Notes under the pieces: generated by a model
What the model was told of the DNA's origin: nothing
Seen by the model: the letters and a program-made list of their open reading frames with translations, nothing else
The model's database searches: none
Position numbers and translations under genes: made by a program
Source of the DNA: Balamuthia mandrillaris
Lineage: Eukaryota
Assembly (NCBI GenBank): GCA_031835245.2
Contig: JAVKOQ020000006.1
Span: 186,001 to 250,000 of the forward strand
Direction: 5' to 3'
Length of the DNA stretch: 64,000 nt
Shown: positions 50,065-62,418 of the stretch, one piece after another
Layout: each line of letters starts with the position of its first letter
Numbering within the stretch: position 1 is the stretch's first letter

Positions 50065-50165
50065 GCCACTTTGCCTTCTCTCTCCTCTTCTCTTTCTTGT
50101 GTGTTCTTCTCCAACAAAACAATGCTCATTTACAGCAACAACAAAACTTGTTTCCTTCGATCCAT

Positions 50166-50790
50166 TCACACGAAAGGCGGCGCAGACGAAGAAGAAGAGG
50201 AGGAGGAGGAGGAGGTGCGAAGAAACCGACGAAGAGACAGAAGTTGGGAGTGAATGACCTCGGTTTGCATGCGTGCAATCTCAAAGTCTTTCTTGGCGGG
50301 GTAGGACATGTTGTCGTAGGGGAGGGGAGCTTGCAGGGTGGTTACATGAGACTTTAACTCGTTGTGCACTTCCTACAACAGCACAACAAAAGAAACCAAA
50401 AAAAAATGAGGAAAAGAAGGAGAGAGAGAGCGAGAGAGAGGAGAGCGAGGGAGAAGAGGGTACTTGAACGAGAGCAAAGTAGTCGTTGAGACTGGCGATT
50501 ACTTGTCGCTTGTTCTCTATGGTTGCATCCATGGTGGACAACGCGGCCGTTGCTTGTGCTGCTACTTCCATCAACCGAATGATTTTCTGTTCGAAAAATA
50601 TGTTAGATGTTTTTTTTTTGAATAGCGTAACACATAGATGTAATAAAACCTTTTCTGTTGCTTCCAGAGCTTGAATGGAGGAAGTGGTAAGCGTGCTGGT
50701 GACCTCTGTCATTGAGGAGGTGGCGGCAAGCGGAGGGGGAGGGGGAGGAGGAGGCATCGCCTCGCCCTCTCCCATTCTCTTTGCTTCCAT
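50166..50790 (-). CDS. MED11: Mediator subunit 11, 3 exons
   Basis: IQALEATEK|KIIRLMEVAAQATAALS...YFALVQ|EVHNELKSHV...PYDNMSY..KD fits the Med11 pattern. Confidence 0.7.
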
Positions 50791-50813
50791 CTTTCTTTTC
50801 TTCAAAACATTGG

Positions 50814-50821
50814 TGACGTCA
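50814..50821. promoter_or_regulatory. TGACGTCA palindrome in the MED11/PREP bidirectional promoter, with nearby CCAAT boxes
   Basis: Exact match. ACCAATC(A/G)TATTTC occurs twice in 50850-50905. Confidence 0.5.
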
Positions 50822-51003
50822 CCAATTCATCGAGATCAATACGATCATCACAAACCAATCATATTTCGTACATTTGAAATTAGAGACCAACCAATCGTAT
50901 TTCAAAAAATTGAATTTCCGATCAATGAACCCTCGATCAAGAGCTGACAACGAAAAGATTTGTTGTTGTTTTTTTATCAGCGAAGAAGAAGAGAGAGAGA
51001 GAG

Positions 51004-51524
51004 ATGGAAGGACGAGCGGCCAACTGTGCATGGGGAGAGAAGTATCCTGAAACGAGGAGGGATGACACTACCATCCATGAGCACGGCATGACCGACCCGT
51101 ACCGTTGGTTGGAAGACCCTGACTCGCCTGAAACCCAGGTAATCAACTACTACTACGTTTTCCTGTTGTTTTTTTTTTTGTTTTTGGTTTCACTGATCGA
51201 TCGGTTGGCTTTGGTTGGTTGGTTGGGTCGGCCGTACCATGCACGTTAGGCGTGGGTTGAGGCTCAGAACAAGGTTACGTTTGAGCTGTTGGAGTCTTGC
51301 GACTATCGCACCAAAGTCAAACAACGGTTCGCTTGCTACCCTTTTTTTTTGAAACACTTTTGTTTGTTTTGCTGAAACAAGAGATAACAAAAAAACAGCC
51401 TCACTGAGCTTTACAATTATCCCAAGTATGGCTGCCCGTTCAAGCGAGGATCAAGGTCTCTCCCTCTCTTCTTTCTCTTTTGCATTGCTCGTTCTCTCTT
51501 TGCTCTTTTCTCTGTTTCTCGCTG

Positions 51525-51563
<39 letters not shown>

Positions 51564-51746
51564 CTTTGCTTTCAGCTCTCTTTTCTGTTGATCTGCTGCT
51601 TCGCTCCTGTCACAACGAAAGGCACTGAATGACCACTTCGCTGATTTTTTTGCGACCAACAGATACTTTTACTTCAAGAACGATGGTTTGCAAAACCAGA
51701 GTGTTCTCTATTCCCAAACCTCACTCGAAGGAGAGCCTGAGGTTCG

Positions 51747-51782
<36 letters not shown>

Positions 51783-53960
51783 CAATTCTCTCTCACTGAT
51801 TTATTGGCTTTCAGGTCTTCCTCGATCCGAATGTGCTGGAATCCGATGGAACTGCTGCCCTTGGCTCTTACGCTTTCTCTGAGTACGATTCTCTTTCCTC
51901 TCTCACTTTCTCTGTCTTTCTTCTTATATTTTCTTTCTTTCTCTTGCAGGTCAGGAGAGTATTTCGCTTATGGAGTGAGCAAGAGTGGCAGTGACTGGCA
52001 GACCATTCACGTCCGCAAAGTGTCAACTAAAGAAGACCTTTCTGAACAGATCCATTGGGTCAAGTTTTCTGGGTTAGCTTCTCTCCTCTGAACCCGTTTA
52101 ACAGACTCTAAAATTACCATCTTACTGGCCAACAAATAGAATATCGTGGACTCATGACGACAGGGGGTTCTTCTACTCTCGCTATCCAGCTCCCTCTCAA
52201 CTGGAAAATGATGACGCGGGAAAGAGAGGCTCTGAAACCAACTCCAATCTCTATCATAAGGTCTGTCAAATACTCATAGTTCTCGTCTCTCTCTTTCTCT
52301 CTCTGTCTCTCTTTTTTTTTTTTCACTTCCTCATATTTCTGAACGTTTCGGTGAAAGGTTTATTATCATCGGTTGGGCACGGATCAATCATCAGACGTAT
52401 TGGTGTTCGAGACGCCAGAAGAGCCTCACTGGATGTCTGGTGCTGTTGTTAGCGATGATGGACGATATGTCACCATTTCTATCTCCAAGAGCACAGCTCC
52501 TGTCAACAAATTATACTATGCTGATCTCTCCACATTTGACCCTGAAACAGGTACTGTTTTTTTCTCTTCCTCTCTGAGCTTCTCGTTCCACTAGACTACT
52601 ATGTTCTGATAATTTGAAATAAATAAAGGCGCGCTGGACGTCATTAAGTTGGTGGACAACTTTGATGCAGAGTATGACTACATAACGAACGAAGGCACCC
52701 TGTTCTACTTCAAGACCAATCTCAAAGCACCCCGTAACAAGATTGTGTCGGTGGACGTAAGCACCGCCACTACCAGAGAGGACTCATGGAAGGATCACGT
52801 CGCTGAGCAGGAGGACGTGCTCAGCTATGCGTGCTGCTTTGATCGCAACAAGTTGATCTTGAACTACATCCACCACGTCAAAGACGTGTTGCACATTCAC
52901 TCCCTGCAGGATGGCTCTCACATCAAAGAGTTGGAGTTGCCCACCATAGGAACCATCACCTCTATTCGAAGCAGAAAGGAGGATAGCGACTTGTTCTTCT
53001 CGTTCACCTCTTTCTTGTACCCTGGAAGCATATTTCGATACAATGATGAGAGCGGTCTGACCGTCTTCCGAGAAACCAAAGTAGAGGGCTTTGACCCAGA
53101 GCAGTTCAAGACCGAGCAGGTCTTTTATTCCAGCAAGGATGGCACCAAGATCCCTATGTTCATTGTTTCTAAGCAGGTTTGTATCTTCTACATTCGCTTC
53201 TTTTTGTTAAACTTATACTTTCCAAATTACTCTTCATTACACTTATTTCTTTTACTCCTTTCTTCTTCGCCTTTCTTCTTCTTCTCCTTTGCAGACGGCA
53301 CAGAAGGATGGCAACCAAGCCGTCTACTTGTACGGCTACGGAGGGTTCAACATCAGCATTCAACCCACATTTAGCGTGTTCCGCATCGTCTTCATGCAGC
53401 ACTTCAATGTGACTTTGGCAATCCCTAACATTCGTGGCGGAGGCGAGTACGGTGAGGAGTGGCATCAAGCCGGCACTTTGGAACGCAAGCAGAACGTCTT
53501 TGATGACTTTTGTGCTGCTGCGGAGTATCTCATCGAGAACAAGTACACAAAGCCTGAAAAGTGCGTTATTTCTCTCTCTTTCTCTCTTCTCGTTCTTTCT
53601 ATGGCGTTAACGTGGCATGGCAAAATAGGATAACAATAACGGGTGGCTCTAATGGAGGACTTTTGGTTGGGTAAGCACTCTTCTCTCTCATTTGTATTGG
53701 CGTAAATGAGTTTTGAATAAACGTTTGTATTATATAAATAGGGCGTGCATCAATCAACGACCAGAGCTGTTCGGATGCGGTGTGGCTGCTGTGGGAGTGT
53801 TTGACATGCTTCGCTTCCACAAGTTCACCATCGGCCATGCCTGGACCGCTGACTATGGTTGTGCTGACAATGAGGAGGACTTTAAGTATCTCATCAAGTT
53901 CGTGCCACCTCTTGTTTCTTTTTCAAAAACCTCCTCTGTTTCTTTTCTTTCTATCTTTTG

Positions 53961-53994
<34 letters not shown>

Positions 53995-54332
53995 TATCAA
54001 CCAACTAAACACAAAAAAACAACAACAACAACAGGTACTCGCCAGTGCACACCGTCCGCAAGGAATGGCGAGAAGGAGAGAGGCACCCTGCCCTTCTGCT
54101 CACCACCGCCGACCATGACGACAGGGTGGTCCCCCTCCACTCCTACAAGTACATCAGCGCGCTGCAGCACCTTGTCGGCCGCCTGGAGCAACACCGAAAC
54201 ACGCCGCTCATGATTCGGGTTGACACGAAGGCCGGGCATGGCGCTGGTAAACCCACCAGCAAGGCCATTGAAGAGGCCGCCGACACTTACACCTTTATCG
54301 CTTACAACATTGGTTTGACTTGGCAGGAGTAA
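51004..54332 (+). CDS. PREP: Prolyl oligopeptidase (S9A), multi-exon
   Basis: [42 protein letters not shown] (Ser), DHDDRVVP (Asp), AGHG (His). Confidence 0.98.
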
Positions 54333-54390
54333 CGCACACGCACACAAACAAAAAGGTTTGAATGCACTATGGAAACTCTTTTTCTGAGTG

Positions 54391-54435
<45 letters not shown>

Positions 54436-54503
54436 GGAGACACAACAGCGATAAGTGAGAATGAAGGGAAGAAAGCAAAACAAAAGAGGAAGAACCCCTC
54501 TCT

Positions 54504-55282
54504 CTATTTTTTCTTGTTTTTGTCGTTGGGTTGTTTCCACTCGCGTTTGGTCTGCTCGAGCAGCTCCACGTTCTGTTGTTTGAGGAGAGAAGCCCACTGC
54601 AGCTGCATGTGGCGAACCTCCTCCAGGCGGCCCTTCTCCAAAGCCAACACCTGGTGGCGCTTGAACTCCTTGTACACCAACTGACGCTCTCCTATCACTG
54701 CCTTCAACCTCGACATTGACTTTTTAACCTTTTGTTGTTGTTGTTCATGAGAGACCAGAGAGAGAGAGAGAGAGAGAGAGAAACGAGAAGGAGAGCGCGA
54801 GAGAGGAGAGAGGGGAGGAGAAAAGATAAGGGGAGGAAAGATAATGTAGAAAACGAGAGGGAACGAGAGGGAAGCACCTTCCAACGCCTCTGTACGTTCT
54901 TCATGCTCTCGCCTTTCCACTTGGCGGCGGCTTTCTCGGTGTTGAGGAGGTTGCGTTCCTTCACCAACACGAACCACAGCTTGTGGAGGTCCTCAAACGA
55001 CTTTAACCGGAGCTCTTTGGCTCTCCATGCTCGTCCTGTTTTTTTTGTTCACAAACACAAAAAGAAGGAAAAAAGCGATTGGCTTCAATCAAATGTGGGT
55101 GGCGCTACTTTTTTTTTTGCAAGTGACAAACCTGCAAGAGGGTAGTAGTCGGGTTTGCCAGCGTTGGGGTCAACGAGCTCTTCGAAGCCACGCTGCGCTG
55201 AACGCACGCGAGGAGCAAAGGGGCCTGCTCCGAGCCTCGCGTGGGCCATTCCCCACCCGCTGCACAAGCTTCTTCGGTACAT
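54504..55282 (-). CDS. MRPL47: Mitochondrial ribosomal protein uL29m (L47), 3 exons
   Basis: [31 protein letters not shown]...[15 protein letters not shown]. Confidence 0.95.
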
Positions 55283-55378
55283 TCGGTTCCGCTGTGAATC
55301 GAAAGAGAGGGCGAGAGATCGGTTTTCTTTTTTCTGCTTTCTTCTTTGCTAAATTTTTCACGACGACACGAATCCTAA

Positions 55379-55429
55379 TGACGTCAAATGTGATCTGATC
55401 GAAACTGCATCGATCCATAGTTGACGTCA
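55379..55429. promoter_or_regulatory. Pair of TGACGTCA palindromes (55379-55386 and 55422-55429) in the MRPL47/zinc-knuckle divergent promoter
   Basis: Two exact matches 43 bp apart. Confidence 0.55.
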
Positions 55430-55996
55430 TGGAAGAAAGGATAAGGAAAAGTGGCGCTTGAGGGGGCATTTACGCCAAAAAAAAAAAGAATAGAAAAGAA
55501 AGGAAGTTCTTTTGTGAAATATTTAGGGGGAAGAACCGCACCTGCAAGAGAAAGAGGGAAGACTAGTCGATTGGATTTGTTGGAAGGTATGTAGGTATTT
55601 ATTTTTGTTTTGGTTGTTTTTTTTTCGTGTCCTTTGCCTGATGGTTCAAACATGCACTTCCCCTCTCTTCCCTTTTGTTTTGTTATTTTTTTTTTCTGAT
55701 GATTCATCGGAAAAAGAACGATTCGGGGCAGAATCGTCCTTTTTTTTTTCCCTTCATGACACCCAAATTCTTTTTTCTTTGTCCTCCTCCCTAATCAGAT
55801 CGCTTTCTTCTTACAACAAAAAGTGTTTCCCTATTATTTTTTTTAACCTAGAGAGTGGAAAGAGGAGGAAGGAGAGCATTTTTTTTGCTTCGATTGTGCA
55901 GAGCGAAAAAAACAAGGAGAGCTTTTTTCAAAGAAGAACGTGTTGAGGAGAGGAGAGAACTCTTTGCTGTCGGAGAGACCCAGTTGACACCAAAAG

Positions 55997-57583
55997 ATGC
56001 AGCATCACGAAGAAGAGGAAGAAATCTTGAACACCAATAGAGACGAGAATGAGAGCGAGAACCTAAGAGTGGCCGAGGAGGAGGAGGAGGAAGAGGAAGA
56101 GAGCAGTGTAGGAGTGCCCCGTAAGAGGTTGGAAGCGACTTCTGACACGACTTCTGCCTCTCCCAAAACCACAACCTCTAGTCTCCGTGGCGAAGAAGAA
56201 GAAGAAGAAGAAGAAGAAGCCGGTGGAAGAACCAGGGAAGAGGAGGAAGAAGACGAACAACAGGAATCACGAGACTCTGCTGACTCCCCGCAAGCCGCAA
56301 ACCCGCGCAAGAGGAAGTTGGACCATGACAAGAAGGAAGGAGAGGAAGGAGATGGCAACACGGAGGGTATGCCCGACAAGAAACGCTTGCGGGACTGCTT
56401 CCGCTGTGGCGGATCCGGTCACGTCAAGGTGGAGTGCTCCTCCATGCCGGGCGCCATAGAAGACAAGGACGCCTTTGCTTGCTTCAAGTGCAATGGCAAG
56501 GGCCACTTTGCCAGGGATTGCCCCAACATCCGTGGCGATGTTTGCTATTGCTGCGGCATGCTCGGCCATCACGGCCTGGACTGTCCCTCCAACACGAAGA
56601 GGAAGGGTCCAGCGGCACGCCTCCGGTTCAGCCGCAGCTTTGCCGGTGGCGGTCCTTCTGGTTTGCCAATGATGGGTGGTCATCCACGCTCTCACTATCC
56701 CTATGGGGCTGGTGGAGGTGGTTACTATCAAGGCGGCGGTGCTGCTGGTTATGGCGTTGGTGGTGGAGGAGCGGGCATGTACGGTGCTGGTGGGGGTGGG
56801 GGAATGTATGGAGGAGGAGGTGCAGCGGGTGGCGCTGCTGGTGGAGCAGAAGGGGGAGGAGGTTATAATCCAGATTTGAGCGGAGCAACGTCAGCTTTGG
56901 CGGCTGCCTATAGTGCTGCCTACAACAGTGGCGACTTTTCAGCACTCTCAGCACTAAGCGGCTATGTGGCTGCCGGAAGTAATTATGGTGGAGGAGCAAC
57001 AACCGCAGGCGCTTCTTCTTCCTACAACAACAACAATAACAACGCTGCAAGTAACTATGGCGGTAGCGGTGGTGCATCCTCATCTTCATCCTACGCAGCC
57101 GACATGTACGGACGAGCAATGGGATACGGCTCTGCAGGAACAGCCACAGGTCAAGATACCATGGGCTCTTCCCTTTACTCCGGTGGCGGCCTTGGAATGG
57201 GAATGGGAATGGGATTAGGAATGGGAATGGGTGGAGGAGGGGGAGGAGGTATGGGGCATCATGGTGGAGCGGGCTGTTATAAGTGTGGAGATCCAAGGCA
57301 CATTGCTCGGGACTGCTTCAACTTTGCGGCTGGCGGAGGTCCTGGTGGAGGTGGTGGAAGAAGAACGGACGTGTGCTTCCGCTGCGGTGAGACGGGGCAC
57401 TTTTTCCGAGACTGCAGGCTGGCGCAGGAGGCACCACCCCCCTCCAGAGATGCTTGCTTCAAGTGTGGCCAGGCCGGACATTTCAGCAAGGACTGCATGG
57501 GACCGGACTATCGCGTGTGCTTTGTGTGTCACAAGCAAGGGCATGTGGCCAGGGCGTGCCCTGAGCAAGCTTCCCTTGCTTGA
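55997..57583 (+). CDS. CNBP/Gis2-like protein with 7 CCHC zinc knuckles; single coding exon, probable 5'UTR intron 55587-55851
   Basis: Seven CX2CX4HX4C motifs (3+4), an acidic N-terminus and a Gly/Tyr-rich spacer. Confidence 0.92.
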   Translation: MQHHEEEEEILNTNRDENESENLRVAEEEEEEEEESSVGVPRKRLEATSDTTSASPKTTTSSLRGEEEEEEEEEAGGRTREEEEEDEQQESRDSADSPQAANPRKRKLDHDKKEGEEGDGNTEGMPDKKRLRDCFRCGGSGHVKVECSSMPGAIEDKDAFACFKCNGKGHFARDCPNIRGDVCYCCGMLGHHGLDCPSNTKRKGPAARLRFSRSFAGGGPSGLPMMGGHPRSHYPYGAGGGGYYQGGGAAGYGVGGGGAGMYGAGGGGGMYGGGGAAGGAAGGAEGGGGYNPDLSGATSALAAAYSAAYNSGDFSALSALSGYVAAGSNYGGGATTAGASSSYNNNNNNAASNYGGSGGASSSSSYAADMYGRAMGYGSAGTATGQDTMGSSLYSGGGLGMGMGMGLGMGMGGGGGGGMGHHGGAGCYKCGDPRHIARDCFNFAAGGGPGGGGGRRTDVCFRCGETGHFFRDCRLAQEAPPPSRDACFKCGQAGHFSKDCMGPDYRVCFVCHKQGHVARACPEQASLA

Positions 57584-58580
57584 TCACCTCTCTCCGTGTC
57601 ATTTGTACAGCATCCGTTGCTAAAATGACTGAAAAGCAATGAATGGTATTGGCAAAAATTAGTCCCTTATATATAAGTCGTCCATCAAAACCGCAGCATG
57701 CCTATATTGCCCCTCTACTAAAGTGAAACCCCCAAATGTATTTGAATGGTTGTGGAAGAGAGGGTGGATTGTGCCCAACATATCTCCTCCACCTCTTCAA
57801 CCTAAAAATGAGATAGAAGAAGACGGTGAGGCGACAGAGAAGGAGAGACCGGCCGAACCACTCTTGTCAAGAGAGAAGAGAAGGAAGACTCCACCGGCAT
57901 CTGAACAAGTTGTCTCTTCTGACCAGCATCTACCTTCAGCTACTGCTACCCCTTCTTTTTCTGCCACCGTGGCCACTTCCTCCCCAATAGCACACGTGGC
58001 GGGTGGTTGAACAAGGGGAGATTTGAAGTGAGGTCTGGGTGCTTTTGCCTGCTCTTTCTTGCCTTCCTTAACAAAGGATCGAGTTCGTAACATCACCGCG
58101 GCAACGAGAGGGTGCTAGGTTTGAACCTTGGGTTTGCTTGCTTGCATTTTTTCCCCTCCTCCGCTCTCTCTGGGTTCCCTTAGCCTCTACCAAGAATGAT
58201 GAACGACATGCGAAAGAGAAAGCGCAACATTCAATCTACTTCAATCAGCACCAAAGGCAGCACTTCGATTTTTTGCTTTGCTGTATTTGCCGAAATCCAA
58301 GGAGGCCTTTGTTTACTGTAGGAAATCAAAAGTGTTTATTTTGAATGGCTCAAGGTAGGAGTCCTCTTCGTGTCGTCATGGAATTTAATCTTATTGCTTG
58401 AATTCCATATCCGATTGATCGAAGGCCGTTGACCGGTTTTGACAGTTAATTGGAAAGGTGTCATTTTAATATCCATTTAATTCCACGCTTAATTTACCAG
58501 TAACTTCTCGGGGAAGATAAGCCACGGACACAGGAGAAAGTTCTTTTTGTTTGTAAACAACACACGCATACACACGACTA

Positions 58581-60304
58581 ATGGATATGTTAAACGGCGT
58601 TGCAAGCGGTAATGATGACTGTTCGACTGCCGGAGAAATTGGACCGATGACGGCGTCGAAAGCGGCAGCAATGGCGAGCATATTTCCTCCAATCAAAAGT
58701 GTCAAGGAGGCCTACCAGGAACGCCGCCTCTACTGGGAGCGCTATGTGAATGAGGGCACGCGAACGTACAGCAACATTTCCATGTACTCGGAGTTGCAGC
58801 CCAAGTATCGCAACAATAGTGACGCGAAAAGCTTCCCCCTCCTCTGCTATCGGGTGCCACGAGAGGGTGTCAACGTCCATCTCGTTGATCCATGTGATGC
58901 AGTGAAGACGGATTTTCTTCTTGACGGAGGTCAGTACGTGAAGTTTTGTCTCCATCCACAGTTTGAGAACGCTGGTGGTGAGTTCAACGATGTCAAACCT
59001 TATGAGCGACTCGAGGACGAACCAGTGGCACCAAGGTCTTCGTCGCGTACACTCTTTCCGTTTAACAAGGAATACGATATCAAGGTGCACTGTCCAGTGC
59101 GTCTCTCGAGATACAACCGTGGCATTGGAGACAAAATCGCTCGTCACTACTTGGAGACGACACGTGCTCTAGCGAATGTCAATCTACCATTCTTCGCCTA
59201 CATGGCGGAGACGCTTGCTGTTATATTCCCTGCGAAAGAGGGCAAGCGGAGCCACGGCTTCGTGGTTCGCGAGCGGGATCCACTTCCCCGAATCGCGGCC
59301 AAGCCGCGACTCCTTATGCCCTGCTTTGCCCTCTATTCAAAAGACAAGTTCCATCCGGAGAAACGCCCCCTCGTGATGGACCTCATCGAGATGTCAGGCA
59401 TGGAGCCGTTGGATTTCATCCTCTCTAAGGTCTTCTATCCTGTCATTGAAAGTTGGACGCACATATTCCTCACGCAGGCAATCGTCATCGAGCCACATGG
59501 ACAAAACCTGCTCCTTGAGATTGGCACCTGGCGCATCGTCCTGCGTGACTTTGATATTCACGTCCACGAGGGCCTGCGAAAGCAACTGGGCCTTCCACTG
59601 GGCGAATTTCATCCTGGCAATCTCTTTGGCGAGCCAACGGAGGATCGACCGTTTGGAAGCATTCCGAGTCTCTACTACGACAAGTCTGTCGGCAAGCAAT
59701 TTTTCGATTACTTGGCCCCCACTATGCAGGAGCACTACGGCATTCCCGTCGAGTTACTCCAGGAGTTCAGTTCAGTTCAAAATAGTTTTATTGCTTTTCC
59801 GTTGGACCGGTTTGGTCAGCAAATTTAGATACAACCAGTAAGGTTGACCTTTAACGGTGTGTGCAATGGGGAAATACAAGTGGGTATTGGCCTCTAGGGA
59901 GGAATCACGATGTAAACGCTATCCTGGTAGGCTCTTGGGAGGGGTCGTTGAGAGCATCCCCTTTGGCTTGGTTTGTGTGTGTGGGTTGCGGGGTGTGTAC
60001 GTGAGTGTCTTTGTTGGGCATGAGTCTTTGTGGATTGTTATGCATTGTGGTGTGTTGTCTTGATGCCTTCCTATGAGGTGGTTAGGTGGATCTGTGGGGC
60101 GGGTGGGGAGTTGGCTGGCTGCGGGTTTTGTAGGAGTAGGCCCAGTTACTCCAGGAGAAATGCCGCACGTTTTTCAAGGAGAAATTCCTCAACTACAGAG
60201 ACTACATGCCAGAGGGGTGGTACGACATTGTCGAAGAGGAACTCAGGACGAACGTCTGGAAAGTCGGAAAAGCAGACGGCCCGGCGCGTTGGAGACCCAA
60301 CTGA
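58581..60304 (+). pseudogene. IucA/IucC-family (NIS siderophore synthetase-like) gene interrupted by an insertion; about 443 aa when the insert is removed
   Basis: LHPQ, PRSSSRTL, IKVH..VRLSRY.R, EPHGQNLL and VLRDFD motifs. The reading frame resumes at 60158 (KCRTFFKEKF...ARWRPN*). Confidence 0.8.
59766..60143 (-). mobile_element. 378-bp non-LTR retroposon-like insertion (5'-truncated LINE 3' end or SINE)
   Basis: Perfect 14-bp TSD AGTTACTCCAGGAG at 59752-59765 and 60144-60157. The minus-strand 3' end reads AATAAAACTATTT-TGAA-CTGAA-CTGAA. Confidence 0.85.
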
Positions 60305-60471
60305 AGTGAGCCTCAAAGACAGACAGAGAAGATTATGTCCAACAAATCGTAGCAAGTTCTCTCTTTTTCTCTTTGTTTGGTAGGGACTAATTTTTGCCAA
60401 TACTATTGCTTTTCAGTCAAATGCTTACCCATCTACTATATTGAACAACAAACAAAAGAAGATAAAACACC

Positions 60472-62349
60472 TTATGTCACTTTGTTACTCTCTTCTTTCT
60501 TCTTGGCTGTTTTGGCCGCGGAAGTCTTCTGCGCTTTGCTTGCGGTTTGTTTGGTTGGGTGTTGCGATTTGACCTTGGCTTGTTCCTTCTGCTGCTTTGT
60601 ATTATCGTCCTTTCCATTGTTGTTGCCATCCAAAGCGAAGACATAAAGCTCCTTCCGCATGGCGCTGATGCCTTGGTTGTGTTTTGAGCTCACCATCAGA
60701 ATGGTAGGCAGGGCTCGTTTGTACCTGGCTACTCCCATCTTGACGAGGTATGCTCTCCGCGCCAGTTCCAGCGGTTCCAACACGTCTACTTTCGTGAGCA
60801 CCACTTGGAACCGTTGGCCAGCTCTGTGCAGAAAGGAGAACTCTTGTGTTAGCTAAAAGGAAGCAAACAGAAGAAAAAAGAAAAAGGGAAAGGAAGAGCA
60901 AGAAAGCCTGAAACGATAGGAGAGTAGTTACTCTTGGAGCAGCTGAATAAACTCAATGTCTGATGATTTGAGCCCATGGCGAGCATCCACGAGCAGACAT
61001 ACTCGCTTGAGCGTATTGCGGGTGGTTAAATAGGCCCGCATCTATTTTGACGATATGCAATCAGTGAGGAGAGAAACAGAGAAAGTGAGGGTGAGAGAAC
61101 GCGAAGTCAAAACCATTTTCCGCCACTGCTCCATTTCTTGCTCCTGTGCAAAAGCAAAGCCATACCTACTCGCACATAAAAAGAAAAGTTAAAGAAGGAA
61201 AGTCAAATAACGTATACCAGTTATGAAAACCATACCCAGGAAGATCCACCAAATAGAGCTTATCTTGCAAGTTATACCAGTTGATGCTCCTGGTGAGGCC
61301 TGGCTTGTCCGAGGTGCGAGCTCGCGCTTGTCCTGTTAGGGCATTGATGAAAGAAGATTTGCCAACATTACTTCGCCCTGCAACAGAGAGTTTGGATGTG
61401 AGCGATGTTCATTATTTAATGAACCAAAGCCAAAAGAATGATGGACATACCAACAACAGCAACCTCTGGTAATGTCTCTGGCAGAAAGGATTCCTTTGTC
61501 TTAGCCGCTCCTACAAAGTTGAGTTTCCGCTCAAAGAACTTTGAATCATAAGGGACAGCAACAATGGTCAGGGATGACAGAGCAGAAGACACGGCGAGAA
61601 ACGGAGCAAAGAAAGAAAACGTGGAAAGGAGTACATGACACAACAGGGAAGAAAGAACGAAAAGAAAGGAAGAATGAGAGTAGTACAATATCAGAAGGAG
61701 GTTTGACCCTCTGAAACTCAGGAGGGGGTGCTGTTGAACTTCTTTGAATGCGGCGAGCAGGGTCGCGCCGCTTGCCAAGCCGATGCTTGTCGATGAACGC
61801 AAGCAACTGCTTGTCCAGTGGCACGTTTCTCAGCAACTGGTTCTTGCTCAGCGGCTGTCCGGTGTTGTGCACATCAGCGGCAGCTATTGCGGACGCCTCA
61901 GCGATGGTGATGGTAGGAGAAGAAGCCTTTACACTCACTGGATTCGTGGCAGCAGCTCGTTTTTGGCGAAGATGCCATTGCTCCCGTAAGGCTGCCTGCA
62001 GACGCCGTTCCTGTCTCGGTGTACGGTACTTGAGGTTGGCCAGCGGGATGTAAACATCCGGTTTCTTATTGTTTTCAGTCTCTCCAGAAGCAGCAACGGA
62101 GGCGGTGGAGCGTCTTTGAGGAGGCCTTTTGACTGTCGAGGTAGCAAAAGAGTAGCACGGCGCCACTACCGTCAGCTTCGAACCCAGCGTCGGTCCTGCT
62201 GAGAGCCTGCTTTTGCCTGCCGCAAACAACAATGTCAAAGCGGGAAGGCCTGCTCCTTGCACTCTCCTCAAGTTGTGTGGATAACAGGTTGGCTGGGAAA
62301 ACAGAGGCGTCACGCCGAAGGAGAAAGAACCGACAGTGCGCGGCTTCAT
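60472..62349 (-). CDS. EngB/YihA (YsxC, GTPBP8-like) ribosome biogenesis GTPase, probably mitochondrial, multi-exon
   Basis: [51 protein letters not shown]. Basic Ser/Arg-rich N-terminus. Confidence 0.93.
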
Positions 62350-62410
62350 TCCTTCTCTCTTCTTTTACTTTCTTTTCTTATTTTTTTTGGTTGAGCACCA
62401 CATTCGAAAC

Positions 62411-62418
62411 TGACGTCA
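62411..62418. promoter_or_regulatory. TGACGTCA palindrome about 60 bp upstream of the EngB ATG
   Basis: Exact match in an 82-bp intergenic gap. Confidence 0.5.

Noticed and set aside
60323..60335. ACAGAGAAGATTA matches the U6 snRNA ACAGAGA box
   Set aside because: The following AGC triad and ISL, and the upstream U6 sequence, are absent; treated as chance.
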